A DNA stretch of 64,000 nt from Lama guanicoe (lineage: Eukaryota): positions 4,217,374-4,281,373 of the forward strand of contig MU054220.1 of the NCBI GenBank assembly GCA_013239625.1. Reading direction: 5' to 3'. The translations under genes were made by a program, and so were the position numbers. This document shows, one piece after another, positions 62,701-64,000 of this stretch; positions within the stretch are counted from its first letter, which is position 1, and every line of letters begins with the position of its first letter. The notes under the pieces are model-generated. The model worked only from the letters and a program-made list of their open reading frames with translations. It ran no database searches and was not told the origin of the DNA.

Positions 62701-64000
62701 CCCTGGATTCCCAACAACCCTGAGCACAGCTTCAGGTTTAGGACTCTGGGGCTTGTGTCTAGGGAAGAAAGCAGTTAATTCCCTAGCAGAAGGATCATAG
62801 CCACAAGGCTTATGACAAACAATCCTGAGACCCTGTCCAAGACCAGGTACTTGTGGCACTTCCACGGGCAGACAGCTCAGAGAGGGACACACAGAAGGAC
62901 AGAGAGAGCCTTCTTTAGAAAGTTATCCACTAGCTTTTAAAAGAGGTTATTATGAAGTCCGATTCTATGATAGGCAGTTTCCATCCTTCTGCTCTCCCAG
63001 TAAGAAGAGGAAGAGTGGGACAGTTTATTTAGAATCACACAGTGTATCACCTCTCCCACTCTCCCTGGCTGAATATACAGACAGCTATAAACTTTACTAA
63101 TTCAGTTTAAAATGTAACTGTTATATAGAGCCTCAGCTCCAGAATTCTCCAAGTAGCCAGGCTCCCTCACCAATTAAATCTGAGCTATGGCTAAGCCTGT
63201 CTTTTCCTTCTCCTTGGTTCTTCAATCCAGATTAACATTAAGTCTATAGATTTTCCACTACCATTATCTACTGGCTTGCCCTGTCTTCAGTCTGTCATCT
63301 TTAATTCATCCTGTGATCTGACTGCCTGGACCACACACCTCTTTACAAACCTACTCTCTTCACTGCTTTCAGCATTTCAGCTGACCTCTTAGCCTGTCTA
63401 TCAGCCAGCCCTATGCGGCCAAGCCCACCTAGCTTCCTTCCTTCCAGGATCAACCTGAACACAAGTCCCGCCCTCGTCACATCAGTCTGCGATGACTCCA
63501 TGTGACCACACACCCCCCACTTGTTCTAACATAGGTGCCTTTCCTCTTGGTGCTTCCTACACCAGGAAAACCCACTCAGAGATGGTTTTACATTCTTGTG
63601 GGAAAAAAAAAGTGGGGCATTCCGTACTATTTTGCTGTCTCCTCATGATTCTTTACAAGTATGTACTTGTCATTACCTTGGGGAATCGTGAGCAAAATAA
63701 TCCAAATAAATTCCCATAATTTATTAGCACCCACGAGGTTTAACTAGCCGCCACCACCTGTGGGACACCCAGGCAGTGAAAAGAAGGCATGAGCGTTTTG
63801 TGCACTAACACCACACAGTCGCTCCGAGTCAATTCCCATCCCCACACGAAGGACTGACTTTATAACCCGCATTATTAGCCAAGAGTGTTTCACATCTCTC
63901 AGGTGAAAAATGCTCAACACTTAAGTGCTACCAATAATTTTTATGGTTGGAAATGAGGATCAAAGTATGAAAGGAAAAATAAATTCACGGGTTCATACAT

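Overview
Mammalian genomic DNA, most likely a camelid (alpaca/llama/camel), judged from a vic-1-type tRNA-derived SINE and a cetartiodactyl-style L1 3' end. The window covers the conserved tail-to-tail ALX4/EXT2 locus (human 11p11.2, Potocki-Shaffer region). On the + strand are ALX4 exons 2-4 (10616-10926, 16857-16985, 19487-19816), encoding the paired-type Q50 homeodomain and OAR domain, followed by a ~4 kb 3' UTR; exon 1 lies upstream of the window. On the - strand are the last four coding exons of EXT2 (48126-48269, 46021-46149, 44234-44316, 37669-37807; GT64 domain C-terminus) and a ~1.1 kb 3' UTR; earlier exons lie beyond position 64000. All splice sites are canonical GT-AG and the frames join cleanly. 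The rest is intronic/intergenic DNA with L1, L2, MIR, MLT1, MER53 and simple repeats. Nearly all ORFs in the supplied track are spurious. I found no convincing novel multi-gene system. The most interesting observations are: (1) a near-perfect ~201-bp tandem duplication that copies the EXT2 terminal 3' splice-site region and places a new in-frame TAG/TAG acceptor at the native spacing; (2) a perfect 22-bp-arm palindrome inside an old L1; (3) a SINE insertion carrying extra 3' sequence inside its target-site duplication; (4) homeodomain/E-box/HOX-motif clusters that may be ALX4 enhancers lying in EXT2 introns and the intergenic gap.
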